DNA from: a cyanobacterium endosymbiont of Epithemia turgida isolate EtSB Lake Yunoko
GTDB lineage: Bacteria > Cyanobacteriota > Cyanobacteriia > Cyanobacteriales > Microcystaceae
Assembly (NCBI RefSeq): GCF_000829235.1
Contig: NZ_AP012549.1
Location: 240,001-272,000, forward strand
Length of the DNA: 32,000 nt
Direction: 5' to 3'
In this document: piece after piece, positions 1 through 10,295 of the stretch
Position numbering within the stretch: the first letter of the stretch is position 1
How the letters are laid out: every line of letters begins with the position of its first letter
Made by a program: the position numbers and the translations under genes
Notes under the pieces: generated by a model
The model's input: the letters and a program-made list of their open reading frames with translations, nothing else
Told to the model about the DNA's origin: nothing
Database searches by the model: none

Positions 1-91
1 AACATGAATCAACTCTAACTTCTTGTTCACTCGCCATAGTCATCAGGCTATGTTCCAATTATCTTGTAACCTCTAGTGTTTAGAAAAGTAC

Positions 92-2146
92 ATGAGTGAA
101 ACTCTTTATGAATACGCCTGGTTAATACCCGTCCTACCCTTAGTTGGGGCGATGTTAGTCGGGTTAGGACTTATTTCCTTTAATCAAGGAACTAACCGCC
201 TACGACAGATAAATGCGGTCTTCATCCTCTCCTTATTAGGATTATCGATGGTGATGTCCTTCACTCTGTTATGGAGTCAAATTCAAGGACATGCTAGCTA
301 TACTCGTATGATTGAATGGGCTGCAGCAGGCGATTTTCACCTTAATATGGGTTATACCATCGATCATCTCAGTGCCTTAATGAATGTTATCGTTACCACC
401 GTTGCTTTTTTGGTAATGGTATACACTGATGGTTATATGGCACATGACTCTGGATACGTCCGATTCTACGCTTATTTAAGCATTTTTAGTGCATCAATGC
501 TGGGATTGGTCATTAGTCCTAACCTAGTCCAGGTTTACATTTTCTGGGAATTAGTGGGAATGTGTTCCTATCTTTTGATCGGCTTTTGGTTCGATCGCAA
601 AGCTGCTGCAGATGCTTGTCAAAAAGCTTTTGTAACCAACCGTGTAGGAGATTTTGGACTACTTTTGGGAATGTTAGGGCTGTACTGGACAACTGGAAGC
701 TTTGATTTTCACATCATAGGTGAACGTCTCGAAGAATTAATTTCTGTAGGTACCATAGCCCCTGCTTTAGCTGCTGTATTTGCCATTTTAGTTTTTTTGG
801 GTCCTGTGGCTAAATCAGCCCAATTTCCTCTCCATGTTTGGCTACCAGATGCAATGGAAGGTCCTACTCCTATTTCTGCTTTAATTCACGCTGCAACAAT
901 GGTAGCAGCTGGAGTTTTTCTTATAGCGCGGATGTACCCTGTCTTTGAACAAATTCCGGTAGCAATGTCTACTATTGCTTGGGTCGGAGCGTTAACCTCC
1001 TTTTTAGGCGCGACTATTGCTTTGACTCAAAATGATATCAAAAAAGGGTTAGCCTATTCCACTATTTCTCAATTGGGTTACATGGTAATGGCTATGGGAA
1101 TTGGGGCGTATAGTGCTGGATTATTTCATCTGATGACCCATGCTTATTTCAAAGCTATGTTGTTCCTTTGTTCTGGGTCTGTTATCCATGGAATGGAGGG
1201 AGTTGTGGGTCATAAACCTATTTTGGCTCAAGATATGCGATTAATGGGTGGATTACGTAAGTATATGCCTCTAACTTCTTTAGCTTTTTTAGTAGGAACT
1301 TTAGCTATTTGTGGAATTCCTCCTTTTGCAGGGTTTTGGTCAAAAGATGAAATTCTCGGTCTTGCGTTTAAGGTTAACCCCACATTATGGTTAGTGGGTT
1401 GGTTGACTGCGGGACTTACTGCATTTTATATGTTCCGTATGTATTTCATGACCTTTGAAGGAGAATTTCGCGGCAATGATCAAGCTATCAAAAATCAATT
1501 GTTAGCTTCTTTGGATGCATCTTCTCCTTTTCCTAAATTCAGTCCAGGGGTAATGGAAATTAGTAAATCAGACCATGATAATGATCATGTACACGATCAT
1601 AACTGTTCTCCTCATGAGTCTCCTTGGACTATGACTTTACCCTTGTTGATTTTGGCGATTCCTTCAGCTTTTATCGGTTTATTGGGAAAACCTTGGGATA
1701 ACAGATTTGAAAAGTTTATTCTTACCTCAAGAGAAGTCATTGAGGAAACTGCTCATTTTGATTGGACCGAGTTTTTAATTATGGCCGGAACTTCTGTCGG
1801 TATTGCCGTCATCGGAATTACAGTTGCTTCTTTGATGTATTTGCAACATAAAATTGATCCCGCAGCAATTGCTAAAAAATATCCAACTTTGTATCAATTT
1901 TCTCTCAATAAATGGTACTTCGACGATGTTTATCACAATGTTTTTGTTATGAAGTGTCGTCGGTTAGCTCGTCAAATTATGGAAGTAGATTATCGTGTCA
2001 TTGATGGGGCAGTTAATCTAACCGGTTTGACTACTATTATAAGTGGAGAAGGATTGAAATATCTGGAAAATGGTCGCGTTCAATTCTATGCTTTAATCGT
2101 CTTTGGGGCAGTCTTAGGATTAACAATTGTTTTTAGTGTAGTTTGA
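92..2146 (+). CDS. ndhF: NAD(P)H-quinone oxidoreductase (NDH-1) subunit 5, NdhF1-type
   Basis: 684-aa multi-TM ORF with antiporter-like NuoL/NdhF motifs (WELVGMCSYLLIGFW, AQFPLHVWLPDAMEGPTPISALIHAATMV, GIPPFAGFWSKDEI). The length is typical of cyanobacterial NdhF1, and a canonical terminator follows. Confidence 0.95.
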   Translation: MSETLYEYAWLIPVLPLVGAMLVGLGLISFNQGTNRLRQINAVFILSLLGLSMVMSFTLLWSQIQGHASYTRMIEWAAAGDFHLNMGYTIDHLSALMNVIVTTVAFLVMVYTDGYMAHDSGYVRFYAYLSIFSASMLGLVISPNLVQVYIFWELVGMCSYLLIGFWFDRKAAADACQKAFVTNRVGDFGLLLGMLGLYWTTGSFDFHIIGERLEELISVGTIAPALAAVFAILVFLGPVAKSAQFPLHVWLPDAMEGPTPISALIHAATMVAAGVFLIARMYPVFEQIPVAMSTIAWVGALTSFLGATIALTQNDIKKGLAYSTISQLGYMVMAMGIGAYSAGLFHLMTHAYFKAMLFLCSGSVIHGMEGVVGHKPILAQDMRLMGGLRKYMPLTSLAFLVGTLAICGIPPFAGFWSKDEILGLAFKVNPTLWLVGWLTAGLTAFYMFRMYFMTFEGEFRGNDQAIKNQLLASLDASSPFPKFSPGVMEISKSDHDNDHVHDHNCSPHESPWTMTLPLLILAIPSAFIGLLGKPWDNRFEKFILTSREVIEETAHFDWTEFLIMAGTSVGIAVIGITVASLMYLQHKIDPAAIAKKYPTLYQFSLNKWYFDDVYHNVFVMKCRRLARQIMEVDYRVIDGAVNLTGLTTIISGEGLKYLENGRVQFYALIVFGAVLGLTIVFSVV

Positions 2147-2179
2147 CACTAATTTAAACCTAATTTGGTGACTAGAGTG

Positions 2180-2204
2180 AGAGGGCTTTTTGCCCTCTTT
2201 TTTT
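2180..2204 (+). terminator. Rho-independent terminator of ndhF
   Basis: Stem AGAGGGC (2180-2186), loop TTTTT, stem GCCCTCT (2192-2198), running into a T-tract (t2198-t2204). It begins 34 nt after the ndhF stop. Confidence 0.75.
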
Positions 2205-3425
2205 ATAATTTAATTTATAAAAAAATAATAAAAATTTATCTAATTATCTGATTGAAAAAATATCAATTAACTTTAGCTATTAAATTAAGACTTGTAAATA
2301 AAAGAAAATAAGTATAAAACATAAAAATAGTTTAACAAACAACTCAAAAATACAAGAAAAATAAAAAACTTTTCTAAAAATTATTTTAATTATCAAATTG
2401 TTACTTAAATATCTATAAAAAATCTATTGATTAAGCCATTAGTTTATATTTTTTATCTAGCCAAAAAGAGATTAAAGCCATTCAAATAAAATATGAAAAT
2501 ATAGTAATATATCGAATTTTTATTTTTAAAAATAAAAATTTATATTTATATTTACCAAACATCAAAAATATAAATTAAGATGGCAATTACTAATCAACAG
2601 AAAAATTAAACAAAATCTAGAATAAATAAAATTTTAAAATTTTTATTGGGTAAAATAATGATATAAATTACAAAACAACGGTAATTTTATAAATAAATAA
2701 TATTGCTAAATATAATATAATTCATAGATATGATAAATCAGGAATAACTAATAAAAACTACGTATGATAAAAAGTAAATACACCAGACAAAGAAGTATTT
2801 AAGAGAAAAAATTATATAAAACTTGCTTTGACAATAAACAAAATCAACAATATACTACTAATAGTACAAAAAAATAATATGCCTTGTATCCTTATAGTAG
2901 TTAAATCAAGTTTTACTCAAGGAAGTCACTCTAAAAAATATCAATAGGAGTGATATAGATTTTACTATAATTACTTGAGTGTAGAAATACAAAATCTTTT
3001 TAAAACTTATCTGAAAAGTATTCAGATAAGTTCCTCTGTTAAAGCTTCCCTTTAGACATCTAAGCTAGCGATAATGTGTGAGAGATTAAGTTTTCTACAA
3101 CCCGATGCCTTAATTTTTTTAAAATACCTCTTTGATATTAAGTTTAGGCTGGCATGAATAAACACTAATGTTTTATCACGAGTAAACTGTTAAACAACTT
3201 GATTTAAATGAATAATATTAAAAATTTTAGTTAAAAATTAATTATAGATATATAAAATAAAAGTTTTAAAAAACTTATCTAGTATTTTTACTCAATAAAG
3301 TATTGATATACTATTTTTATGCTATGATCATTTTTTTATCAGCTTTTTTAGAATTGGCATAGTTTCTCAAAAGGTAAAAAATCAAATAAAAACTTTTTTA
3401 AAACAAGGAGTGGGTTATCAATAAA

Positions 3426-4226
3426 ATGTATTCATCCTTACATAGTATTTCTCTCACAAACTATATCGACATGATTCTAGTTCCCCAAGGAATTGAGTAT
3501 AAAGTCGTTTGTGAAGGATTCAGAGAAGTAAAGCAATTTAGTCCTAAAATTAAAATCATTCAGATTCCTGCAGGACTTTTACCTTTTAAAAGTTATCTTG
3601 AACAATGGCAGCAAATTCATAAATTCGTTGATCATCCTCCTAAAGGAATCTTATTAATGGGGTTAGGCGGAAGTTTATCCCCAAAATATCAGGTAGGCGA
3701 TAAGATTATTTACCAAAAATGTTGTTTAATTTCAAACAATACCTTGCCTCTACTCTGGCAAACTTGCGATATAAATCTAGGTAATTTAGTGTATCATTAT
3801 CTTAATAAGAAGATTATACGGGGCAAAGGGGTGACAAGCGATCACATAATTTCTTCGGCTGAGGAAAAATGGCAATTAGGACAACGTTATCAAGCTGATG
3901 TAGTAGATATGGAAGGAATTCCCCTTTTAGAGTTTTGTGGCTATTTTAAAATTCCTGTTGCTATGATTAGAGTTATTAGTGATAGCTGTCAACAGAATTT
4001 ACCTAATTTAACCCCTGCATTCAGAAAAGATGGAAGCTTCAATCCTTGGATATTAACATTTCAAATGTCCAAAAATCCTCTAAGTTCAATTCATTTGATT
4101 AGAAGTTCTCTAAAAGGTTTAAAAACACTGAAACAAGTTTCAAAGGATCTTGCCACAGCAATCACCACATCGGTTATAGAAACCCAATTTTATTCAAAAG
4201 AAACAAATGACAGAAATATCTCATGA
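3426..4226 (+). CDS. Nucleoside phosphorylase superfamily protein (PNP_UDP_1 / MTA-SAH-nucleosidase-like fold)
   Basis: 266-aa ORF with family-like motifs: LLMGLGGSL, VVDMEG and the acidic IRVISD near the C-terminus. The true start may be M16 (3471, MILVPQGIEY...). Confidence 0.65.
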   Translation: MYSSLHSISLTNYIDMILVPQGIEYKVVCEGFREVKQFSPKIKIIQIPAGLLPFKSYLEQWQQIHKFVDHPPKGILLMGLGGSLSPKYQVGDKIIYQKCCLISNNTLPLLWQTCDINLGNLVYHYLNKKIIRGKGVTSDHIISSAEEKWQLGQRYQADVVDMEGIPLLEFCGYFKIPVAMIRVISDSCQQNLPNLTPAFRKDGSFNPWILTFQMSKNPLSSIHLIRSSLKGLKTLKQVSKDLATAITTSVIETQFYSKETNDRNIS

Positions 4227-4256
4227 ATTATTTCTAATTACTATATATTTATTTGG
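4203..4256. repeat. Copy A of a dispersed ~53-nt repeat (partner at 27812-27864), containing hairpin AGAAATA/TATTTCT
   Basis: The core 4213-4245 (gaaatatctcatgaattatttctaattactata) matches 27823-27855 at 29 of 33 positions, with weaker similarity in both flanks. It spans the gap between two convergent stop codons. Confidence 0.6.
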
Positions 4257-5481
4257 AATACTGATAATATTTATAGGCGGCATAGGACAGAGTAATAACC
4301 CCTGTCAAGATAGCGGACTCATCTACCTCGAATTGAGGATGATGTAACGGATGATTGAGCTTTTCTGAAAATCCTACTCCCAAACGAAACATACTTCCTG
4401 GAGCGTGTTCAAGGTAAAGGGAAAAATCCTCTGCGCCCAAAGATGGTTCAGCTAAAATGTGTAGACGATCATTTCCCCAAGCTTCTCTACAAGTAGATTC
4501 AAGAATTCGAGTCAATTCTATGTTATTTTGCACCGAAGGAACTCCCTGACGATAATCAACCTTATATTTTGCTCCATAAGTATCACAGACATTAGCGACT
4601 ATTTTTTCAATCCACTGAGGTAAATTGGTGCGGGTATCAGGATGAAGAGATCGTACTGTGCCGGACATTCTTACCTGATCTGCAATGATATTAGGAGCGC
4701 GGCCACCGTTAATTTGCCCAATAGTTAATACTACAGGACGTAAAGGATTTTGAGTTCGACTAATAGCTTGTTGAAGAGTCGTAATGACCTGAGAAGCAAT
4801 CCAAATGGCGTCAATAGCTTTATGGGGACGAGCTCCGTGACCTGACTCTCCTTGAATAAAAATTTCTATGTCATCAGCTGCAGCGGTAAAAGCTCCGTAT
4901 CTAATTCCCACGGAACGGGCTTGAAGAGAAGGAAAGACATGTAGTCCAAAAATTGCATTCACATCGCGCATTGCTCCGTCCTGAAGCATCCAGCTTGCTC
5001 CTTGGGCAATTTCTTCTGCAGGTTGAAATAAAAATCTTACGTTTCCTGACAATTGTTTAGCTAACTTAGAAAGAACCATAGCGGCTCCTAACCCCACCGT
5101 TGTATGAACGTCGTGTCCACAAGCATGCATAATACCAGGTTTACACGAAGCAAATTCTAGGTTTGTTTGCTCATCTATCGGCAGAGCATCCATATCGGTA
5201 CGAATAGCTAGGAGACGCGGATCTGTTCCGTTTCCGTTTAAGTTTCCTACTACTCCAGTTTTTCCTACATTTTCTTGAACGCGAATACCGCACGAAGAAA
5301 GAACACCCGCCACATATGCAGCAGTTTGGTACTCTTGTCCACTTAGTTCAGGGTGAGCGTGAAAGTGACGGCGAATTTCAAGAAGTCTGGGAAACAGAGA
5401 CTCGGTGAGATCTTTAATTTCAGAAAACATGAGACTTGAGTAATTAGGAAGCTTATAATGTTTCTTGTATACTAAACTCAA
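4249..5481 (-). CDS. M20D-family amidohydrolase (N-acyl-L-amino acid amidohydrolase / hippurate hydrolase-like)
   Basis: 410-aa ORF with M20 metal-ligand context: RRHFHAHPELSGQE, MHACGHDVHT, LFQPAEE, GLHV. An alternative start is M18 (5430). Confidence 0.88.
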   Translation of the reverse strand: MSLVYKKHYKLPNYSSLMFSEIKDLTESLFPRLLEIRRHFHAHPELSGQEYQTAAYVAGVLSSCGIRVQENVGKTGVVGNLNGNGTDPRLLAIRTDMDALPIDEQTNLEFASCKPGIMHACGHDVHTTVGLGAAMVLSKLAKQLSGNVRFLFQPAEEIAQGASWMLQDGAMRDVNAIFGLHVFPSLQARSVGIRYGAFTAAADDIEIFIQGESGHGARPHKAIDAIWIASQVITTLQQAISRTQNPLRPVVLTIGQINGGRAPNIIADQVRMSGTVRSLHPDTRTNLPQWIEKIVANVCDTYGAKYKVDYRQGVPSVQNNIELTRILESTCREAWGNDRLHILAEPSLGAEDFSLYLEHAPGSMFRLGVGFSEKLNHPLHHPQFEVDESAILTGVITLSYAAYKYYQYSK

Positions 5482-5551
5482 AGTTAAGGTATGGATTTTT
5501 AACTTAATGAGAGCTTCACTATGCTTATTTATACATATTTCTATAATATAG

Positions 5552-5602
5552 ACTTAAATTATGAATAAACTTAAATCGTGAATAAACTTAAATAAGCATA
5601 AG
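5552..5602. repeat. 17-nt tandem repeat, about 3 units
   Basis: Units are acttaaattatgaataa / acttaaatcgtgaataa / acttaaataagcataag. The 15-mer tgaataaacttaaat occurs at both 5562-5576 and 5579-5593. Confidence 0.6.
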
Positions 5603-5940
5603 ATTAGTCAATGTTTGTGATGTAAATTCTACATTTATTAAGTTTTTCTTAGAAGAGAACAATAGTTTTTATGGAATTCTTTTGGTCTGATTAGACTAAA
5701 AAATTACAGTTAAACTTGGTAGTTTGTTTATTTAGGCTGAATTAATAGCTATAGATGCCATTGAAACTCAAATAGTAGTTGATTATTTTCATAATCTAAA
5801 GTAAAAAGAAACAGTTGGTGAAGCCAAAGGCAATCAATAAGTAATATAGGAAAAGACTTTTGCAATTCCAGTTGAATACACATCCACTACATTAACCCTG
5901 ACTATACTCTGAAAAAACTAGCAGCTTTAATGATTGTAGA

Positions 5941-6560
5941 TTATTTTGGAGATATATTTTCGGACTTAGGAATTGCAATGGTATCTCCTTTTTGTAGGAT
6001 AACATTCGCTTGGTTGGATATCACCTCTTTGTAGTAACTTCCATAAATTTACCTGAATGTTCTGTTAGGAAACATCACGGTTTAGAGGACATATTTCTAT
6101 TTTACGAATGTCGGCTAGGTTTTTAACTCTATTGGTTCATTTGATAGCAACAGTAAGTTTCAGAGATTATTGTCGACTGCTAGATTTTTTACTTCTTCCC
6201 AAACTTATGTTGGGAACGACTCGATAAGATTCTAGCCGATGCACTTCCTACATTAATTTTCGATTGGCTCATCACCCCAGACTCGTATTGTAGAATATAC
6301 AATACGAGTCTGAGTGATATCAATATTGTCTTCAGAGGAAATAATGACTGTATTCCCGTAGCGTAAGATAATATCTTGCCGAATCCTTCTTTCTTTCTCT
6401 GAGCTATGTCTACAAATTAAGGTTTAATATCAGGGGGTATCTTTGAAATTGACGGCAAATTTGAACTTTATTAAGATTAGCGATTGTGTAAAATTGTTGT
6501 TTTTCGAGAATGGGGAAGAGATTAAAAGCCTGAATTATTGGTTTTTAAATCTCTACAAGC
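5941..6560 (-). pseudogene. Decayed polysaccharide export protein (Wza/GumB-like, SLBB repeats)
   Basis: Minus-strand reading gives ...VKNLADIRKIEICPLNRDVS*QNIQVNLWKLLQRGDI, then a frameshift, then SNQANVILQKGDTIAIPKSENISPK* (stop at 5941-5943). Upstream it gives ...IRQDIILRYGNTVIISSEDNIDITQTRIVYSTIRVWGDEPIEN*. These match the SLBB / poly_export pattern (v.vdl..ll..Gd...N..L..GD.I.iP). There are several in-frame stops and at least one frameshift. Confidence 0.55.
6278..6312. repeat. Perfect 15-bp-stem hairpin inside the export-gene relic
   Basis: CAGACTCGTATTGTA (6278-6292), loop GAATA, TACAATACGAGTCTG (6298-6312). The arms are exact reverse complements. Confidence 0.8.
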
Positions 6561-7148
6561 AGAAATCGAGGAATTAATAAATTGACGGTAATATATAGAG
6601 TGTTTAATATGTTGAGCGTATTATTATGCTCAATAGTTACTATAAACTATAGTACAATTCCTAATATAGATATTAACAGTGTTCTATATACTATAATTTG
6701 GTATTTTTCAGTAATTTTTTTAATATGAAAGACATTCACATAAATGCGATCATTGGCTCCGAGACTATATTTAATTTTAGTCAATAGACTTTTGTTCTAA
6801 ATAGAGTATCGATTCCAGCGGAGCTACATAGTCTTAGAACAAAAGCGGAGATTTCATGGGAGAAGTTAGTCCTCAAATAGTACACATTGAAAAAAACAAA
6901 AAGCTCAACCTTAGCAAACTATCATCAAATAATGAATAAAATAGCATAACTTTAAAGAAAAATTATTCACAGTAAACTAGCTTAATATTGTTAGTTGTTA
7001 AAATCATAATTTTCATATTTAAATTTATTTTCAATAAAACCTATAAAAACAGTGTTATTAACAATAATCTTATTGTTTTTATTTTAATAATTAAGTTTTT
7101 AAATAGCTTAATTATTAAAATAATTTTTTAAAATAGCTTAATTTTCTT

Positions 7149-7182
7149 AAAAACCCCTCGAGGATTGTTTTTTAATCCTCGA
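7149..7182 (-). terminator. Rho-independent terminator of secA
   Basis: On the minus strand: TCGAGGATT, loop AAAAAAC, AATCCTCGA, followed by GGGGTTTTT. The stem starts 16 nt after the secA stop. Confidence 0.7.
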
Positions 7183-7197
7183 CAATATCACTAAAAT

Positions 7198-10008
7198 TCA
7201 AGCAGTTTGAGGTTGTCCTTGTGGTTGAAACTGAAATAATGAATATACTACATTTCGACGAATATCAATCATCATTTCTAAGAACATTTCATACCCTTCT
7301 TGCTTATATTCAATTAAGGGATCTTTTTGTCCATAACCTCGTAAACCAACAGACTCTCGTAATGCATCCATCGCCTGGAGATGTTCGCGCCATAGAGTAT
7401 CAATTTGTTGTAAAATAAAAAACCGTTCGGCTTCGCGCATCAAACCAGGGCGAATTTTATCTACTTCATCTTCTTTTATATCGTAAGCTTTACGTACCTC
7501 TTCATTGAGAAATACCTTCATTTCACTAACGGTCATATCTTCCATCTCTTTAGCAGTAATGTCCTGTAAGAGATAAACGAATTCCTTGACTTTACTCACC
7601 AAATTGTCTACATCCCATTCTTCGGAGGGTAATTCTGGGTTCACGTAGGCATCTACAATTTCATCCATGGTTTTCTCAGCGTACTGGAGAACTTGTTCCT
7701 TAAGATCTAACCCTTCAAGAACTCGACGACGTTCAGCGTAGATAGCGCGACGTTGGTTATTCATCACCTCATCGTATTCAAACACTTGTTTACGGGTATC
7801 GTAATAGAAAGTTTCCACCTTTTTCTGAGCACCCTCTAGAGAACGGGTGAGCATCTTGGACTCGATGGGCATATCTTCTTCAACACGAAAAGCATTCATC
7901 AAACCGGCTACGCGATCACCCCCAAAAATTCTTAATAGATTATCTTCTAAACTTAAGAAAAATTTTGTTGATCCTGGGTCACCTTGTCGTCCTGCTCGTC
8001 CCCGTAATTGGTTATCAATGCGTCGGGACTCGTGACGTTCAGTCCCCATCACGTTGAGTCCGCCTAATTCCACCACTTCATTTTGTTCCTTATTGGTAAC
8101 AGTTTCGTAGGATTGACGAATAGCTTTATAAACTTCCCGCAATTTTTTAATCACAGGGTCTTTGGTGGGAGCTTTTTCTGAAGCAACTGCAATTTTCTCC
8201 TCAGCTTCAAGTTCCGATAAACTTTGTTGTCCGTAATTATCAACAGCTATTTTTAGCATAGCTTTCAGCATCTCTTCGATTTCAGGAGAAAGCTGAGTGG
8301 GAAAAATATCTGAATCAGAAGGACTCCAGTTTTTGGTTTTCTTCTTTTCTTTCCCGAATCCTTGAGACCGACTACCTCGACCATTACCCACCGTCGCCGC
8401 CACTATACCATCATCTTCAGGCATCACAATTTGAGGCATAAGGAATTCCCGAATTTTTAGCCGTGCCATATAGTCAGCATTGCCCCCTAAAATGATGTCA
8501 GTTCCTCGTCCTGCCATATTGGTAGAGATAGTAACTGAACCTTTACGTCCAGCTTGGGCGATAATTTCTGATTCCCGCTCCACGTTTTCAGGACGAGCAT
8601 TGAGAAGATTATGGGGAATTTTTTTTGTCTGCAAAAGTTGGGAAAGAACTTCTGATTTTTCAACACTGGTAGTTCCTACCAGGATAGGACGTCCTTGATG
8701 GTGTAACTTCTCCACTTCATCGGCTACGGCTCGCCATTTGGCGGTTTCGGTTTTATAGACAACATCAGGAAAATCGTAGCGTTGGGAAGGTCGGTTGGTG
8801 GGAATAATGGTAACTTGAAGATTATAGACTTTTTCAAGTTCTGTTTCTTCAGTTTTTGCGGTTCCTGTCATACCTGAAAGTTTAGGATAAAGAAGAAAGA
8901 AATTTTGATAGGTAATGGTAGCTAGAGTCTGAGTTTCCTTTTGAATATTCACTCCTTCTTTTGCTTCAATAGCTTGGTGTAATCCGTCACTCCACCGTCG
9001 TCCAGGTAGCACCCGCCCGGTAAATTCATCAACAATTACAACTTCTTTATTGCGGATCATATAGTTGACGTCTTTAACAAATAATTCCTTAGCTTTAATA
9101 GCATTAAAAATATAGTGTGCCCAAGGATTTTCTTGATCGTAGAGATCCTTAACCTTCAATAATTCCTCCGCTTTCTCGAACCCTTGATCCGTCATTAAAA
9201 TGTTCCGAGCTTTTTCGTCTACTTCGTAGTCTCCTGGTTCTTCTTCACTTTTTTGAGCGATGAGTTGCGCAGCAATGGAGGCTGCTTTGAGATATTTTTC
9301 GGTAGGACGTTCTATCTGTCCTGAAATAATCAGAGGGGTTCGAGCTTCATCAATTAAAATAGAATCTACTTCGTCAATGATGCAGTATTCGAAAGGCAGT
9401 TGAACTACTTCAGCCATAGCAGTGGCCATATTATCCCGTAGATAATCAAACCCTAATTCACTATTGGTGGTGTATGTAATGTCACAAGCATAGTTTTTCT
9501 TTCGTTCATCAGGACTCATTCCCGCTTGAATTAATCCGACACTGAGTCCTAAAAAACGATGAACCTGTCCCATCCATTCAGCATCCCGACGGGCTAAGTA
9601 GTCGTTTACGGTAACAACATGGACTCCTTTTCCAGTTAATCCATTAAGATAGGCAGGAAGGGTTGCTACTAAGGTTTTCCCTTCTCCTGTTTTCATTTCT
9701 GCAATTTGCCCTTTGTGTAAAACAATTCCACCGAGAATCTGAACATCAAAGTGGCGCATCCCTAAGACTCGAATTCCAGCTTCTCGTACCACAGCAAAGG
9801 CTTCAGGCAGAATCTCATCTAAGATATCTTCTAACTCCTCATTATCTTTCGCTTTGTCAATCACTTCTCTAAATTCGACTGTTTTCTGCTTGAGTTCTTC
9901 ATCGGATAATTTTTGAATGTCTTCTTCAAGTACATTAACTTCTGTGACTAAAGAATAAAATTTTTTGAGTTTGCGGGTGTTTGGGTCACCAAATAAAGTT
10001 TTAAGCAT
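7198..10008 (-). CDS. secA: Preprotein translocase ATPase SecA
   Basis: 936-aa ORF with Walker [13 protein letters not shown]-like [21 protein letters not shown], motifs [14 protein letters not shown] and a conserved C-terminal scaffold. The length is canonical. Confidence 0.98.
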   Translation of the reverse strand: MLKTLFGDPNTRKLKKFYSLVTEVNVLEEDIQKLSDEELKQKTVEFREVIDKAKDNEELEDILDEILPEAFAVVREAGIRVLGMRHFDVQILGGIVLHKGQIAEMKTGEGKTLVATLPAYLNGLTGKGVHVVTVNDYLARRDAEWMGQVHRFLGLSVGLIQAGMSPDERKKNYACDITYTTNSELGFDYLRDNMATAMAEVVQLPFEYCIIDEVDSILIDEARTPLIISGQIERPTEKYLKAASIAAQLIAQKSEEEPGDYEVDEKARNILMTDQGFEKAEELLKVKDLYDQENPWAHYIFNAIKAKELFVKDVNYMIRNKEVVIVDEFTGRVLPGRRWSDGLHQAIEAKEGVNIQKETQTLATITYQNFFLLYPKLSGMTGTAKTEETELEKVYNLQVTIIPTNRPSQRYDFPDVVYKTETAKWRAVADEVEKLHHQGRPILVGTTSVEKSEVLSQLLQTKKIPHNLLNARPENVERESEIIAQAGRKGSVTISTNMAGRGTDIILGGNADYMARLKIREFLMPQIVMPEDDGIVAATVGNGRGSRSQGFGKEKKKTKNWSPSDSDIFPTQLSPEIEEMLKAMLKIAVDNYGQQSLSELEAEEKIAVASEKAPTKDPVIKKLREVYKAIRQSYETVTNKEQNEVVELGGLNVMGTERHESRRIDNQLRGRAGRQGDPGSTKFFLSLEDNLLRIFGGDRVAGLMNAFRVEEDMPIESKMLTRSLEGAQKKVETFYYDTRKQVFEYDEVMNNQRRAIYAERRRVLEGLDLKEQVLQYAEKTMDEIVDAYVNPELPSEEWDVDNLVSKVKEFVYLLQDITAKEMEDMTVSEMKVFLNEEVRKAYDIKEDEVDKIRPGLMREAERFFILQQIDTLWREHLQAMDALRESVGLRGYGQKDPLIEYKQEGYEMFLEMMIDIRRNVVYSLFQFQPQGQPQTA

Positions 10009-10295
10009 AGGTTTCTTTTGGAACTTATTCTAATTATTTGAGGATTGAGGCTCTAAGATGCCTGAAATGACGATTTTTATCTTAAGCTATAAAGATTGAG
10101 AACTGACAAAAAAGTTATAAATCATTGTATCATCTAGGTTTTAGTACCGAGTTTTTACCTTGATATTGAAGAGATGAGGAAAGAATTTATCATGACAACC
10201 TATAGTCAACAATAATAAAATTGAACTCGTATATAGTAGGTGTAACAAAACTCTAATAAATAAAATATAAAAGCATTGATTTGCAAAATCTAAAA

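Noticed and set aside
1-37. Possible start of a divergent minus-strand gene (ATG at 37, MASEQEVRVDSC...) running off the left edge
   Set aside because: Only 12 codons are visible, there is no SD, and there is nothing to compare it with, so it cannot be supported from this window.
7084-7143. 12-bp AT-only inverted repeat (7084-7095 / 7107-7118) and a ~17-nt direct repeat (tttttaaa(a)tagcttaatt, twice) just beyond the secA terminator
   Set aside because: They are short and made almost entirely of A/T in a spacer of about 15% GC, so they are plausibly chance or slippage. I do not report them as features.
7221-9872. Four + strand ORFs (7221-7418, 7847-8035, 8480-8698, 9663-9872) of 62-72 aa
   Set aside because: All lie antisense inside the strongly supported secA gene. 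They have no recognisable motifs and an Arg/Ser/Pro-rich composition typical of antisense frames.
10021-10140. Attempt to call a secA promoter (e.g. TTGTCA ... TAAGAT)
   Set aside because: The best hexamer pair needs a 19-nt spacer, and other -10-like boxes lack any -35. In DNA this AT-rich, -10-like hexamers are everywhere.
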